From Bacteroidales bacterium (GTDB lineage: Bacteria > Bacteroidota > Bacteroidia > Bacteroidales > UBA1715), in assembly GCA_017552705.1 (NCBI GenBank), contig JAFZOY010000094.1, forward strand, positions 21,286-85,285: DNA of 64,000 nt. Direction: 5' to 3'. This document shows, piece after piece, positions 18,510 through 27,443 of this stretch. The translations under genes and the position numbers were made by a program. Position 1 is the stretch's first letter, and each line of letters opens with the position of its first letter. Under the pieces are notes generated by a model that was not told where the DNA came from, did no database searches, and saw nothing but the letters and a program-made list of their open reading frames with translations.

Positions 18510-19865
18510 CTATACTAAACCTTGAGCCATCATTGCATCAGCAACTTTGATGAAACCTGCGATGTTAGCACCAGCAACATAGTCGATGTAACCATCAGCT
18601 TGTGTACCGTATTTAACGCAGTTTTCGTGGATAGATTTCATGATGCCTTGCAATTTAGCGTCAACTTCTTCTGATGTCCAAGAAAGACGTGCAGAGTTTT
18701 GACACATTTCCAAACCAGAAGTTGCAACACCACCAGCGTTAGATGCTTTACCAGGAGCGTAAAGGATTTTTGCATCTTGGAATACTTTTACTGCTTCTGG
18801 AGTACTTGGCATGTTAGCACCTTCAGCAACACACATTGTACCGTTTGCAACCAATGCCTTAGCATCGCTTTCATCCAATTCGTTTTGAGTAGCACATGGC
18901 ATAGCAACGTCGCATTTAACGTTTTTCCAAGGACGTTGGTTTTCGAAGTATTTGCAGCCGAATTTTTCTGCATATTCTTTGATACGACCACGTTTAACGT
19001 TCTTCAATTCGAATACGAATGCTAATTTTTCAGCTGTGATACCTGCTTCGTCAACGATAGTACCGTTAGAGTCAGACATTGAAACAACTTTTGCACCTAA
19101 TTGAGTACATTTTTGTACTGCATATTGAGCAACGTTACCAGAACCAGAGATTGCAACTGTTTTACCTTGCAATGAAGTTCCCTTAGTTGCCAACATTGAT
19201 TGTGCGAAGTAAGTTACACCGTAACCAGTAGCTTCAGGACGGATCAATGAACCACCGAAAGAAAGACCTTTACCAGTCAAAACGCCTGTGAATTCGTCAC
19301 GGATACGTTTGTATTGACCGAACAAGTAACCAACTTCACGACCGCCAACACCTATATCACCAGCAGGAACGTCAGTGTCAGGACCGATATATTTTTGAAG
19401 TTCAGTCATGAAGCTTTGGCAGAAACGCATAACTTCATTGTCTGATTTTCCTTTTGGATCGAAGTCAGAACCACCTTTACCACCACCCATAGGAAGTGTA
19501 GTCAAGCTGTTTTTGAATGTTTGTTCGAAAGCCAAGAATTTAAGAATACCCAAGTTTACAGTAGGGTGGAAACGAAGACCGCCTTTGTAAGGACCGATTG
19601 CACTGTTCATTTGAACACGGAAACCGCGGTTGATTTGCCATTCACCTTTGTCGTCAACCCAAGGAACTCTGAAGATGAAAACTCTTTCTGGTTCTACCAT
19701 TCTTTCCAAAACTTTAGCAGCTTTGTACTTTGGATTTTCATCCAAGAATGGAAGGATTGAGTTTACTACTTCGTGAACAGCTTGGTGAAATTCTGATTCA
19801 CCTGGATTCTTAGCGATTACTTTCGCCATGAAATCGTTCAATTCTTTGTCAAAATTCTTTGCCAT
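18510..19865 (-). CDS. gdhA: NADP-specific glutamate dehydrogenase
   Basis: 'LPMGGGKGGSDFDPKGKS' Glu/Leu/Phe/Val dehydrogenase active-site signature and 'AISGSGNVAQYA' Rossmann motif. 451 aa. Confidence 0.97.
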   Translation of the reverse strand: MAKNFDKELNDFMAKVIAKNPGESEFHQAVHEVVNSILPFLDENPKYKAAKVLERMVEPERVFIFRVPWVDDKGEWQINRGFRVQMNSAIGPYKGGLRFHPTVNLGILKFLAFEQTFKNSLTTLPMGGGKGGSDFDPKGKSDNEVMRFCQSFMTELQKYIGPDTDVPAGDIGVGGREVGYLFGQYKRIRDEFTGVLTGKGLSFGGSLIRPEATGYGVTYFAQSMLATKGTSLQGKTVAISGSGNVAQYAVQKCTQLGAKVVSMSDSNGTIVDEAGITAEKLAFVFELKNVKRGRIKEYAEKFGCKYFENQRPWKNVKCDVAMPCATQNELDESDAKALVANGTMCVAEGANMPSTPEAVKVFQDAKILYAPGKASNAGGVATSGLEMCQNSARLSWTSEEVDAKLQGIMKSIHENCVKYGTQADGYIDYVAGANIAGFIKVADAMMAQGLV

Positions 19866-19898
19866 TGTATTGTGTTTTAATATTTATTTTTTCTACTG

Positions 19899-19906
19899 CA
19901 AATGTA
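19899..19906 (-). promoter_or_regulatory. Candidate -7 promoter box for gdhA
   Basis: The minus strand reads TACATTTG, about 34 nt upstream of the gdhA ATG (19865). Confidence 0.35.
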
Positions 19907-20004
19907 TATAAATTTTTGAATTTGATTCTTGTAAAATGCTGATTTTTAGAAAATTACGTGTTTTTCGCAATAATTTACGTAAAACACGTATGGCTTGCTA
20001 TGAA

Positions 20005-20040
20005 AATAAAAATCGCGTATAAAAAACTTATACGCGATTT
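20005..20040 (-). terminator. Intrinsic terminator after the beta-barrel gene
   Basis: AATCGCGTATAaaaaactTATACGCGATT: a perfect 11-bp stem. On the minus strand it is followed by tttttatttt. Confidence 0.8.
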
Positions 20041-20062
20041 TCTGTAAGAATAATCTATTTGT

Positions 20063-20944
20063 TTAGAAATAGAAATTCATAAATAAGTTGGCTCCAACGT
20101 TTCCTGTCGCAAATTCTGTTCTGGTTGACTTTGGCGAAATGGTATTCGTGTAAGTGTCAACTTTGTCGTTAATAATATTGTATCCTTCGTATTCTGCGTA
20201 ACGTTGCGATGTCCATTCATGAACGAAATATACGTTTACTTCGGCTCCGATGCTTGCTTTTTTGCAAAGGAAATATTCAGCGCCAAAACTTCCGACAATT
20301 CCTGCCAAATGCGATGGCGATGCGGTGAATGTCTTTGTTGGACGTGCGTTTGGCATAGAACCTAAAGCAGTGTAATTGGCAGGTGTTGCAATTGTAGGCG
20401 CTTGGTTGAGGCTTGTAATGGCGTTCCCATACGCATACGTTTGTTTTGTCGTAGCAAAACCATATACGGCAGAACCGCCTATTATACCTTGCACACGGCC
20501 TGTTCCAATACGTTTTTCCAATCCGATAGCGAAACTTCCGCCTCTTCTGCTCGTGATTTGGCTGTCTATAACTTTTGCTTGGCTAAATGAATTCAAGAAA
20601 AATGCTTCATCGTCACGAACATACGTCTGATTGTTGTTTTTGCTGAAAATGAATCCGATATTAGCTCTCAAGGCAGTGTTGTCGCTTAGGAAATATTTTC
20701 CCATTATGGAGAAATTAGGAATCCATGCGTAATTTTTGCTGAACAGACTTTCGCCCTGCAAATCGCCTAACGCATTATTGGCGGTTCCGTTGCTCAAATT
20801 GCCGACAAATGTAGCAATTGGATTAAGTGTCACGCCAAAAGCCTTTTCACCAGCAACTGGACCAAATTGAGAATCGTTCGATTCTTGTGCTAAAGCTGGT
20901 ATGGCTAATACCCCCAATAGCAAACTGTAAAAATACTTTTTCAT
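20063..20944 (-). CDS. Outer-membrane beta-barrel protein (porin-like, family unknown)
   Basis: Signal peptide (AIPALAQE), alternating amphipathic strands and a C-terminal '..NLFMNFYF' aromatic terminus typical of OMP barrels. Confidence 0.75.
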   Translation of the reverse strand: MKKYFYSLLLGVLAIPALAQESNDSQFGPVAGEKAFGVTLNPIATFVGNLSNGTANNALGDLQGESLFSKNYAWIPNFSIMGKYFLSDNTALRANIGFIFSKNNNQTYVRDDEAFFLNSFSQAKVIDSQITSRRGGSFAIGLEKRIGTGRVQGIIGGSAVYGFATTKQTYAYGNAITSLNQAPTIATPANYTALGSMPNARPTKTFTASPSHLAGIVGSFGAEYFLCKKASIGAEVNVYFVHEWTSQRYAEYEGYNIINDKVDTYTNTISPKSTRTEFATGNVGANLFMNFYF

Positions 20945-20949
20945 TGTTA

Positions 20950-21471
20950 TTAGTTTTTAAATTGGTCTTTGCTTTCGTAAGATGTTTTGATGGTTACATA
21001 TTTTACATCTTTTTCGTTTGCGGAAACTGTTGTCTTCGTCATTTTCATCAAAACATTTGAATACGATTTTTTTACGTGTTCTCCAGACGTATTATCGTCT
21101 TCTGTCCATTCTGCATAGAAAGGAAGGTTGTAAACTTCAGCATTTGAAATTGCAATGTACACAGGAACATCGATAGAGAAATTTCCGTTTTCATCGGTTT
21201 TTGTTTCAAAATATTGATAAGTCCCGTCGGTACCATTGTAGTCTTTGTTGTTTACTTTTACAACTACAGTAACATTACTTGCCGCAACGGCATCCAAAAG
21301 CACAGTCGCAGCGTCGGTTTTGTCGTAGTAGGAACCGCCATCATAGGTTACTTTACCCGAAATTGTTGCTTTCGCTTGAACATCGTCAATACTCAATTCA
21401 GATTGTTCCTTGCTACAACCTGTAAAAGCAATTGTCGCAAATGATGCGACGTACAAAAGAAATTTTTTCAT
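20950..21471 (-). CDS. Hypothetical lipoprotein with CarboxypepD_reg/Ig-like segment
   Basis: Lipobox (AFTGCSKE). 'TDENGNFSIDVPV' resembles carboxypeptidase-regulatory-like folds. Lies 5 nt upstream of the barrel gene, so a probable operon. Confidence 0.7.
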   Translation of the reverse strand: MKKFLLYVASFATIAFTGCSKEQSELSIDDVQAKATISGKVTYDGGSYYDKTDAATVLLDAVAASNVTVVVKVNNKDYNGTDGTYQYFETKTDENGNFSIDVPVYIAISNAEVYNLPFYAEWTEDDNTSGEHVKKSYSNVLMKMTKTTVSANEKDVKYVTIKTSYESKDQFKN

Positions 21472-21623
21472 AAAAAAGTTTTTAAATTGTTTAATAATGA
21501 GTTTTGTTGAATTTGAAGTTTTTGTTTTTTACAACCACAAAAATATGATATTTTTTCATAAAACAAAAAACAATTAATTGTTTTATTGAAAAATATTAAA
21601 AATGTGGGGATAGGTTGGAGGCA

Positions 21624-21652
21624 TAAAAAAAGCTGTTCGTTTCGGAACAGCT
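21624..21652 (-). terminator. Intrinsic terminator after the distal skp gene
   Basis: aaaaaaaAGCTGTTCgtttcGAACAGCTttt: an 8-bp stem with an A-run on the plus strand, which is a T-run downstream on the minus strand. Confidence 0.75.
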
Positions 21653-21675
21653 TTTCTTTCGGGGAAATAGATTTC

Positions 21676-22188
21676 TTATATTCCAAGTTCTTTTTTCACC
21701 AATGGCATCACGTCGATGCTTTTGTCGGAGTAGTACAGGATTTGGCTACCCTTGCTTGTGTCGAAAATGTAGAAGAAACCTTCTTTTGCTGCGATTTTCT
21801 TCACGGCACCTTCAGCTTTGTCGATAATTGGGTTGAGCAATTCCTGCTGACGTTGATTTAATTGTGTCTCGGCATTTTGTTGGTATTGCATAATTCTGTT
21901 TTGCATGTCTTGCAATTCCTGCTCCAAAAGTTGTTGGCTTGCTTTGCTCAATGTGTCGTATGATTGCTGTGCGGCAAGCATTTTTTTGTTGAATTCAACC
22001 GACATACTTTCTATAATGCCTTTCATTTCGTTGTATTCTTTTTCAAGTGTTTTTTGCGCCTCAGCTTTTTCCGGCATTGCTGCAATCAACTCCTCGAAGT
22101 CGATGTGGCCAAATTTCTGTGCTTGTGAGTTCAATGATACGCCGCAAACGAAAATGGCGGCAACTACAAATTTTACTACTTTTTTCAT
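21676..22188 (-). CDS. skp: OmpH/Skp family periplasmic chaperone
   Basis: 170 aa with a signal peptide and a coiled-coil Q/E/K-rich body. 'KFGHIDFEELIAAMPE' start and 'FFYIFD' end are typical of OmpH. Position after bamA. Confidence 0.9.
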   Translation of the reverse strand: MKKVVKFVVAAIFVCGVSLNSQAQKFGHIDFEELIAAMPEKAEAQKTLEKEYNEMKGIIESMSVEFNKKMLAAQQSYDTLSKASQQLLEQELQDMQNRIMQYQQNAETQLNQRQQELLNPIIDKAEGAVKKIAAKEGFFYIFDTSKGSQILYYSDKSIDVMPLVKKELGI

Positions 22189-22214
22189 TCTTCAATATGT
22201 TAGATTTGTTAATA

Positions 22215-22730
22215 CTATTTTATATATCCAAGTTTACGCAACACGTCGTCGCTGATGTCGTATTTCGGGTCGCTGTATAATAATGTATATGAACTCGATG
22301 CGGCGTCAATTACAAACGCATATCCTTGGCTTGATGCAAGTTCTTTTATCGCACTGAAAATCTCGTCCTGTATTGGCTTGATGAGTTCCTCTTCTTTTTT
22401 GATTCGGTCGCCATTTGCGCCAAAACGTTTTTTCTGAAGTTCTTTCAGTTCTTTTTCCTTGTCGAGGATTTCCTGCTCGCGTTTAGCTTTCATATCGTTC
22501 GAAAGCAAAACTTTGTCAACTTGGTATTGTTTGTAGAGATTGTCGAGAGCAGTACGTTGTTCCTCGATTTCTGCCTGCCAATTCTTGGTCAACTCGTCAA
22601 TTTGTTGCTGTGCTTCTTTGTAAGCTGGGATTTTACTTAATAGATAGTCGGTGTCGACATACACTGTTTTTTGTGAATAGCCCATCATGGCTACCAAAAG
22701 TCCGGAAATAATCAAAGCTAATTTTTTCAT
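22215..22730 (-). CDS. skp: OmpH/Skp family periplasmic chaperone
   Basis: 171 aa, second OmpH paralog ('VYVDTDYLLSKIPAYKEAQ...'), directly downstream of bamA. Confidence 0.9.
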   Translation of the reverse strand: MKKLALIISGLLVAMMGYSQKTVYVDTDYLLSKIPAYKEAQQQIDELTKNWQAEIEEQRTALDNLYKQYQVDKVLLSNDMKAKREQEILDKEKELKELQKKRFGANGDRIKKEEELIKPIQDEIFSAIKELASSQGYAFVIDAASSSYTLLYSDPKYDISDDVLRKLGYIK

Positions 22731-22742
22731 AATACCACTATT

Positions 22743-25190
22743 TTAAAATTGTTGTCCTAATACAAATGAAGGATGCCATCCGCGAACGTCGTCTGACTTC
22801 CCTTTGATTCTATCGAATCCGTAACCCATATCAAATCCTAACAATCCCATCATAGGTATGTAGAGGCGAATGCCTGCACCTGCGCTCCGCTTGATGTCGA
22901 ATGGATTGAATTCATTGAATTCCATCCAAGCGTTTGCTGCTTCGGCGAATGCCAGAACGTAGATAGTCGTTTCTGGTTTAAGTGCGAGTGGATATCGTAA
23001 TTCCATAGAAAATTTATCATATAAAAACGCACCTCCGTCGCTGTCAGGATTTAACGCAGATGCTTCATATCCACGCATTGGTACAAAATCCGTACCATAA
23101 TAGAATACATTGCTCAATCCATCGCCACCAATATCGAATCGTTCAAATGGTGTTTTGAAATTTTTGTGGTAGTATCCCACAAATCCGAAATCAATTCGAG
23201 TCTCAAGTACCAGATTGCCAACAAATTGGGTGTACATTTTCGATTTGAACGTCCATTTGTGGTATTCTATCCATTTGTAGCGTTCCTCGTCGCTGATGTC
23301 GTCGTCGGCATTGCCACGAATCAAAGAATATGGTGGGGTAAGTTCCAGTCGGAGGGTGAACGAGGATCCTCTTCGTGGAAATAATGGTTGGTCGATTGAA
23401 TTTCTCGAAAGGGTTGTTCCCAATGTTATACAATGTGCGGTAAGACTGTCGGGTAGCGACGAAGGCAAATATAGGTTGTAATTGTTTAGTTTATAGCGTT
23501 TTATGCTAATGTCGTTGTAGAGTGAGAAATAATCGTCAGGAATTTTCAGGTCACGTTCCAAACCGACTGAAACTCCAAGGGTTTTCCAGTTTCCATAATT
23601 TTCGTTGTCACGTGCATAACCGTTTGCTCTGATAGAATAATATGCCGAAACGGTAAGTGCATTTGGCTTTTTGCCGCCAAACCAAGGCTCGGTGAACGAG
23701 AAATTATAGTATTGGTAATAGCGGGTGTTTGCCGACACACTTAAACTCAACGATTGTCCGTCTCCCGAAGGAATTGGACGCCAAAATTCTTTGTGAAGGC
23801 AATTTCTTAATGAAAAATTATTTAATATAAGTCTCACTGAACCAAGAAGATAACTTCCGCTCCAACCGAATGATAATTCAATCTGGTCGGTTGATTTTTC
23901 TTCCAAAACGTATTCTATGTCAACCGTTCCGTCCATTGGGTTGGGGTGCGGATTCACTTCCATTGTTTCCGGGTTGAAATAGCCCAGCATTGCAAGTTCA
24001 CGTTGGGTACGGATAATGTCGGAACGGCTGAAAAGCTCGCCCGGACGGGTGCGGAGCTCTCGGTAAATTACGTGGTCGTTGGTTTTTGTATTTCCTGCCA
24101 CCGAAACATTATTTATCGTTGCTTGCTGTCCTTCGTAGATACGAATCTGAATGTCAATGGAGTCGCTGTTTGTCCCCATTTCCACAGGATCGGCGTTGAA
24201 AAACAAATATCCATTGTCGAGATAGAGGGAACTGATGCCTTCCAAACCGAAAATTTTGTCTTGCAAACGGCTTTCGTCGTACACATCGCCTTTGTCAATC
24301 GTAAGGATTTTGTTCAATACGTCAGTGCTGTACACGGAGTTTCCCAACCACGAAATGTTTCCGAAATAGTATTTTTTACCTTCGGAAATAGTGATTTCTA
24401 TGTGCATCAGCGTGGAATCAATGTCGTAAATCGTATCGCTTTCGATTTTTGCATCGCGGTAGCCAAGTTTTTTGTACTTGTCGATAATCGATTTTTTATC
24501 GGTTTCGTAATTTTTGGCAATATATTTTGAACGTTTCAGAATGTACCATGCTTTCTTTTTGGTGTTTTTCATCGCACGACGTAACTTTTTGTCTTTCATG
24601 GCAGTGTTGCCGTGGAACACAATGTCGTCGATTTTCACACGTTCGTGCTTGTCTATCGTAATAATGATGTTCGATGTGTTGAATGAACTACTGTCGTTGA
24701 TTTCGTCAATGGTGACTGTTGCATTTCTAAAGCCTTTATCCTCGTAGTAGTTCTTGATTTTCTTCTGAGCCATATCTTTTTGGTTCTCAGTGATTTGCAT
24801 ATGCGTTTTAAAGTCGAGCAAATCTTTTATGTCGTTCTTCTCCGATTTTTTCACGCCCTCGATGCTTGCGGAATTGAGGCGTGCACGTTCTTTTATGGAA
24901 ATCGTCAGATAAATATTGTCGCCCTCAATTTTTGATGCAAGGATTTTTGCGTCGGCGAACATTCCTTGTTCCCAAAGTTTTTCGATGGCATACGTGATTT
25001 CAGGTCCAGGGACGCTGATTTGCTGTCCGACGTATAAGCCCGTGGTACGTATGATTGGGGGCGCTTGAAAATATTTTGTTCCTTCAACTTCGATTCCGGC
25101 AATCGTGTATTTTTTCACATTGTTTTGTGCTACCGAAATTGTAGCAACAAAGGCGAAAAGTATACAGATTAAAAGTCGTAATTTCTTCAT
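22743..25190 (-). CDS. bamA: Outer membrane protein assembly factor BamA (Omp85)
   Basis: 815 aa with a signal peptide, POTRA repeats and a C-terminal Omp85 barrel ending '..FVLGQQF'. Conserved uppS-bamA-skp-skp order. Confidence 0.95.
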   Translation of the reverse strand: MKKLRLLICILFAFVATISVAQNNVKKYTIAGIEVEGTKYFQAPPIIRTTGLYVGQQISVPGPEITYAIEKLWEQGMFADAKILASKIEGDNIYLTISIKERARLNSASIEGVKKSEKNDIKDLLDFKTHMQITENQKDMAQKKIKNYYEDKGFRNATVTIDEINDSSSFNTSNIIITIDKHERVKIDDIVFHGNTAMKDKKLRRAMKNTKKKAWYILKRSKYIAKNYETDKKSIIDKYKKLGYRDAKIESDTIYDIDSTLMHIEITISEGKKYYFGNISWLGNSVYSTDVLNKILTIDKGDVYDESRLQDKIFGLEGISSLYLDNGYLFFNADPVEMGTNSDSIDIQIRIYEGQQATINNVSVAGNTKTNDHVIYRELRTRPGELFSRSDIIRTQRELAMLGYFNPETMEVNPHPNPMDGTVDIEYVLEEKSTDQIELSFGWSGSYLLGSVRLILNNFSLRNCLHKEFWRPIPSGDGQSLSLSVSANTRYYQYYNFSFTEPWFGGKKPNALTVSAYYSIRANGYARDNENYGNWKTLGVSVGLERDLKIPDDYFSLYNDISIKRYKLNNYNLYLPSSLPDSLTAHCITLGTTLSRNSIDQPLFPRRGSSFTLRLELTPPYSLIRGNADDDISDEERYKWIEYHKWTFKSKMYTQFVGNLVLETRIDFGFVGYYHKNFKTPFERFDIGGDGLSNVFYYGTDFVPMRGYEASALNPDSDGGAFLYDKFSMELRYPLALKPETTIYVLAFAEAANAWMEFNEFNPFDIKRSAGAGIRLYIPMMGLLGFDMGYGFDRIKGKSDDVRGWHPSFVLGQQF

Positions 25191-25200
25191 TCAGATAGTT

Positions 25201-25944
25201 TTATATTTGGTTGTCAACTTTTCCGAACCGTCTTTGGCGGTTTTGGAAATCTTTTATGGCGTTCAAAAATTCTTCTTTTGTGAAATCAGGCCACAGAACG
25301 TCGGTGAAATAGAGTTCCGTGTACGCAATTTGCCAAAGTAGGAAATTGCTGATTCGGTATTCGCCACTGGTTCTTATCAGGAGTTCAGGATTTGGTATTC
25401 CTTTGGTGCTCAGATGGTTTTGTATTGTCTCCTGTGAAATTTCGTCAATGTTCAATTGTCCATCTTTGCAATCTTTCGCAATTGATTTCACCATTTGGGT
25501 AATATCCCATTGCCCGCTGTAGCTAATTGCGAGAATGAGTGTCAATCCCGTGTTTCCTGCTGTTTTGTCAATTGCTTTCTGAAGCGATTCTCTTACTTTG
25601 GTCGGAAGGCTTTCAAAATCACCGATAGTGAGCAGTTTCACGTTGTTTTTCAAAAGTTTTTCCAGATTCTTTTCCGATGCGCTGATGAGCAAGTTCATTA
25701 AGCCGGAAACCTCGTCCTGTGGACGGTTCCAGTTTTCTGTCGAAAAAGTGTAGAGCGTAAGATATTTAATGCCAATTTCCGCAGCAGCCGTCACAATGTC
25801 GCTTACGGTGGACACACCTTTTTGGTGTCCTACCAATCGTATATTGCCTTTTTGCTTTGCCCAACGTCCGTTTCCGTCCATTGTAATAGCAATGTGTTCA
25901 GGCAATTTAGTGTAATCTATTTCGTTTCGTACTGTTTCCTTCAT
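25201..25944 (-). CDS. uppS: Isoprenyl transferase (undecaprenyl-diphosphate synthase)
   Basis: 'HIAITMDGNGRWA' and 'IRTSGEYRISNFLLWQIAYTELYF' are cis-prenyltransferase signatures. Confidence 0.95.
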   Translation of the reverse strand: MKETVRNEIDYTKLPEHIAITMDGNGRWAKQKGNIRLVGHQKGVSTVSDIVTAAAEIGIKYLTLYTFSTENWNRPQDEVSGLMNLLISASEKNLEKLLKNNVKLLTIGDFESLPTKVRESLQKAIDKTAGNTGLTLILAISYSGQWDITQMVKSIAKDCKDGQLNIDEISQETIQNHLSTKGIPNPELLIRTSGEYRISNFLLWQIAYTELYFTDVLWPDFTKEEFLNAIKDFQNRQRRFGKVDNQI

Positions 25945-26098
25945 AAAATCTCATTTACGTGAGATGCTGATATTGAATGTGTTATGTCAAAAATCAACGT
26001 AAAATCAACGTTTCTTTTTGAGCGTCCAAATGTAACAATCTTTTTTATATTAACAATGCAAAAACGGGCGTAGTCGTGTTATTATTGTACGAAGGAAC

Positions 26099-27325
26099 TT
26101 AGTAAATGAAGTTTTTTATGCTGAGTTGCAGTTCCAACGATACTTTTTTCATCTCGTCGATGTCGCATCCTTCAAATAGTTTGCTGTGTTTCCAGTTGTC
26201 GATGCAACCAAAGATAAATGGTAGGTCAAAGCAGTGGCAGCACTTGATTCGTTCGGTGTTTGTCGGAAATGAAAATTTGTGGACAGTGCTGTTTGTTCCT
26301 GCGATTTCGGCGATCTTTAGTGCCGGGTTTTTGAAAAGATTGTCGGATGTAAGTTGGAGTACTGCGTTGTAAGAATTTTGTGTTGTTTTTCGGTACGTCC
26401 GAAGTTGTTTGTACGTGTGTTCTGGGCAATATTGTTTTAGAAATGGCACCAAAATGCTTAGCGGCGTGTGTTTGTGTATGGGGTAGTGGTGTATGTAGAT
26501 TCCACATTCGTCTTCGGTGTATTGAAGGTATATTGGCTTGTCCACCATTGCGCAGTCACGGTAGAAATCATCGGAAATGTAGCCTTTTTCAATAACAGGC
26601 ATCAACGGAACATTGAACTTGTATTTCCGTTTGTTCTGCTTCCCGATGATTTTCTGGGCTGCCAAAATATCCTTGATGTCGGCTGAAAGGAAGTCGGGAA
26701 TTGCTGTTTGGAATTGGTTTGCTATTTCTTCGGCAGTGGATTCGGGAATCGCTTTCATTGTGCCAGGCCAACTGAAAAGCATAGTTTTTTGAAAAAGGTT
26801 TTGTAGTTCTTCCGACGTGTGTATCGCCATTGCGTACCACGCTCCTGAAGATTGTCCGCCAATGGTTATCCTCGATGAATCGCCGTTGAATGTGGCGATA
26901 TGGGTGTGTGTCCATTTCAGGGCGGTGACAATGTCGTGGAAACCACAATTTCTTTGTGGAATGTTCGGAAAATAGCTTGTCCCAAGAACCCCGATGCGAT
27001 ACGTCACGCTGACAACAACAATGTCGGCGTTTTTCGATAATGTGGACGCATCGTTTTGGTTATCGCCGCTTGCGCCGGCAACAAACGAACCGCCGTGAAT
27101 CCAGAATAAAACAGGTTTTATTCCATCGCTGTCGGGTGTCCAAATGTCAAGAAAAAAAGAATCTTCGCTTTGTGGCAGATTGTCGTGTTTTATGATGCTC
27201 TCCAATTGCCCGATATTTTGTGGAAATGCTGTGGGTGAGGAAGTTATGTACTCTATTGAGTCAAGCATTTCGCACGCTTGAAAACGACCTTTGTTTTTTG
27301 CATATCGAACACAATAATGAGCCAT
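26099..27325 (-). CDS. Carboxylesterase type B family protein (shorter than typical)
   Basis: 'QSEDSFFLDIWTP', 'VLFWIHGGSFVAGAS' (oxyanion hole) and 'ITIGGQSSGAW' (GxSxG nucleophile elbow). At 408 aa it is shorter than the roughly 500 aa I recall as typical, at both ends. Confidence 0.8.
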   Translation of the reverse strand: MAHYCVRYAKNKGRFQACEMLDSIEYITSSPTAFPQNIGQLESIIKHDNLPQSEDSFFLDIWTPDSDGIKPVLFWIHGGSFVAGASGDNQNDASTLSKNADIVVVSVTYRIGVLGTSYFPNIPQRNCGFHDIVTALKWTHTHIATFNGDSSRITIGGQSSGAWYAMAIHTSEELQNLFQKTMLFSWPGTMKAIPESTAEEIANQFQTAIPDFLSADIKDILAAQKIIGKQNKRKYKFNVPLMPVIEKGYISDDFYRDCAMVDKPIYLQYTEDECGIYIHHYPIHKHTPLSILVPFLKQYCPEHTYKQLRTYRKTTQNSYNAVLQLTSDNLFKNPALKIAEIAGTNSTVHKFSFPTNTERIKCCHCFDLPFIFGCIDNWKHSKLFEGCDIDEMKKVSLELQLSIKNFIY

Positions 27326-27443
27326 TGGAATTTTTGTCCAAAAATAAATAATTTTGCCATAGTTTTAAATAAGTAAAGATTCACTTAAAACCGCGAATAT
27401 ATGCTTTTGTTTATAAAACCGCCTATTCGCATGCAGTGCAAAT

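Noticed and set aside
23946-24530. 194-aa plus-strand ORF antisense to bamA
   Set aside because: It lies inside the strongly supported bamA CDS and has no features of its own.
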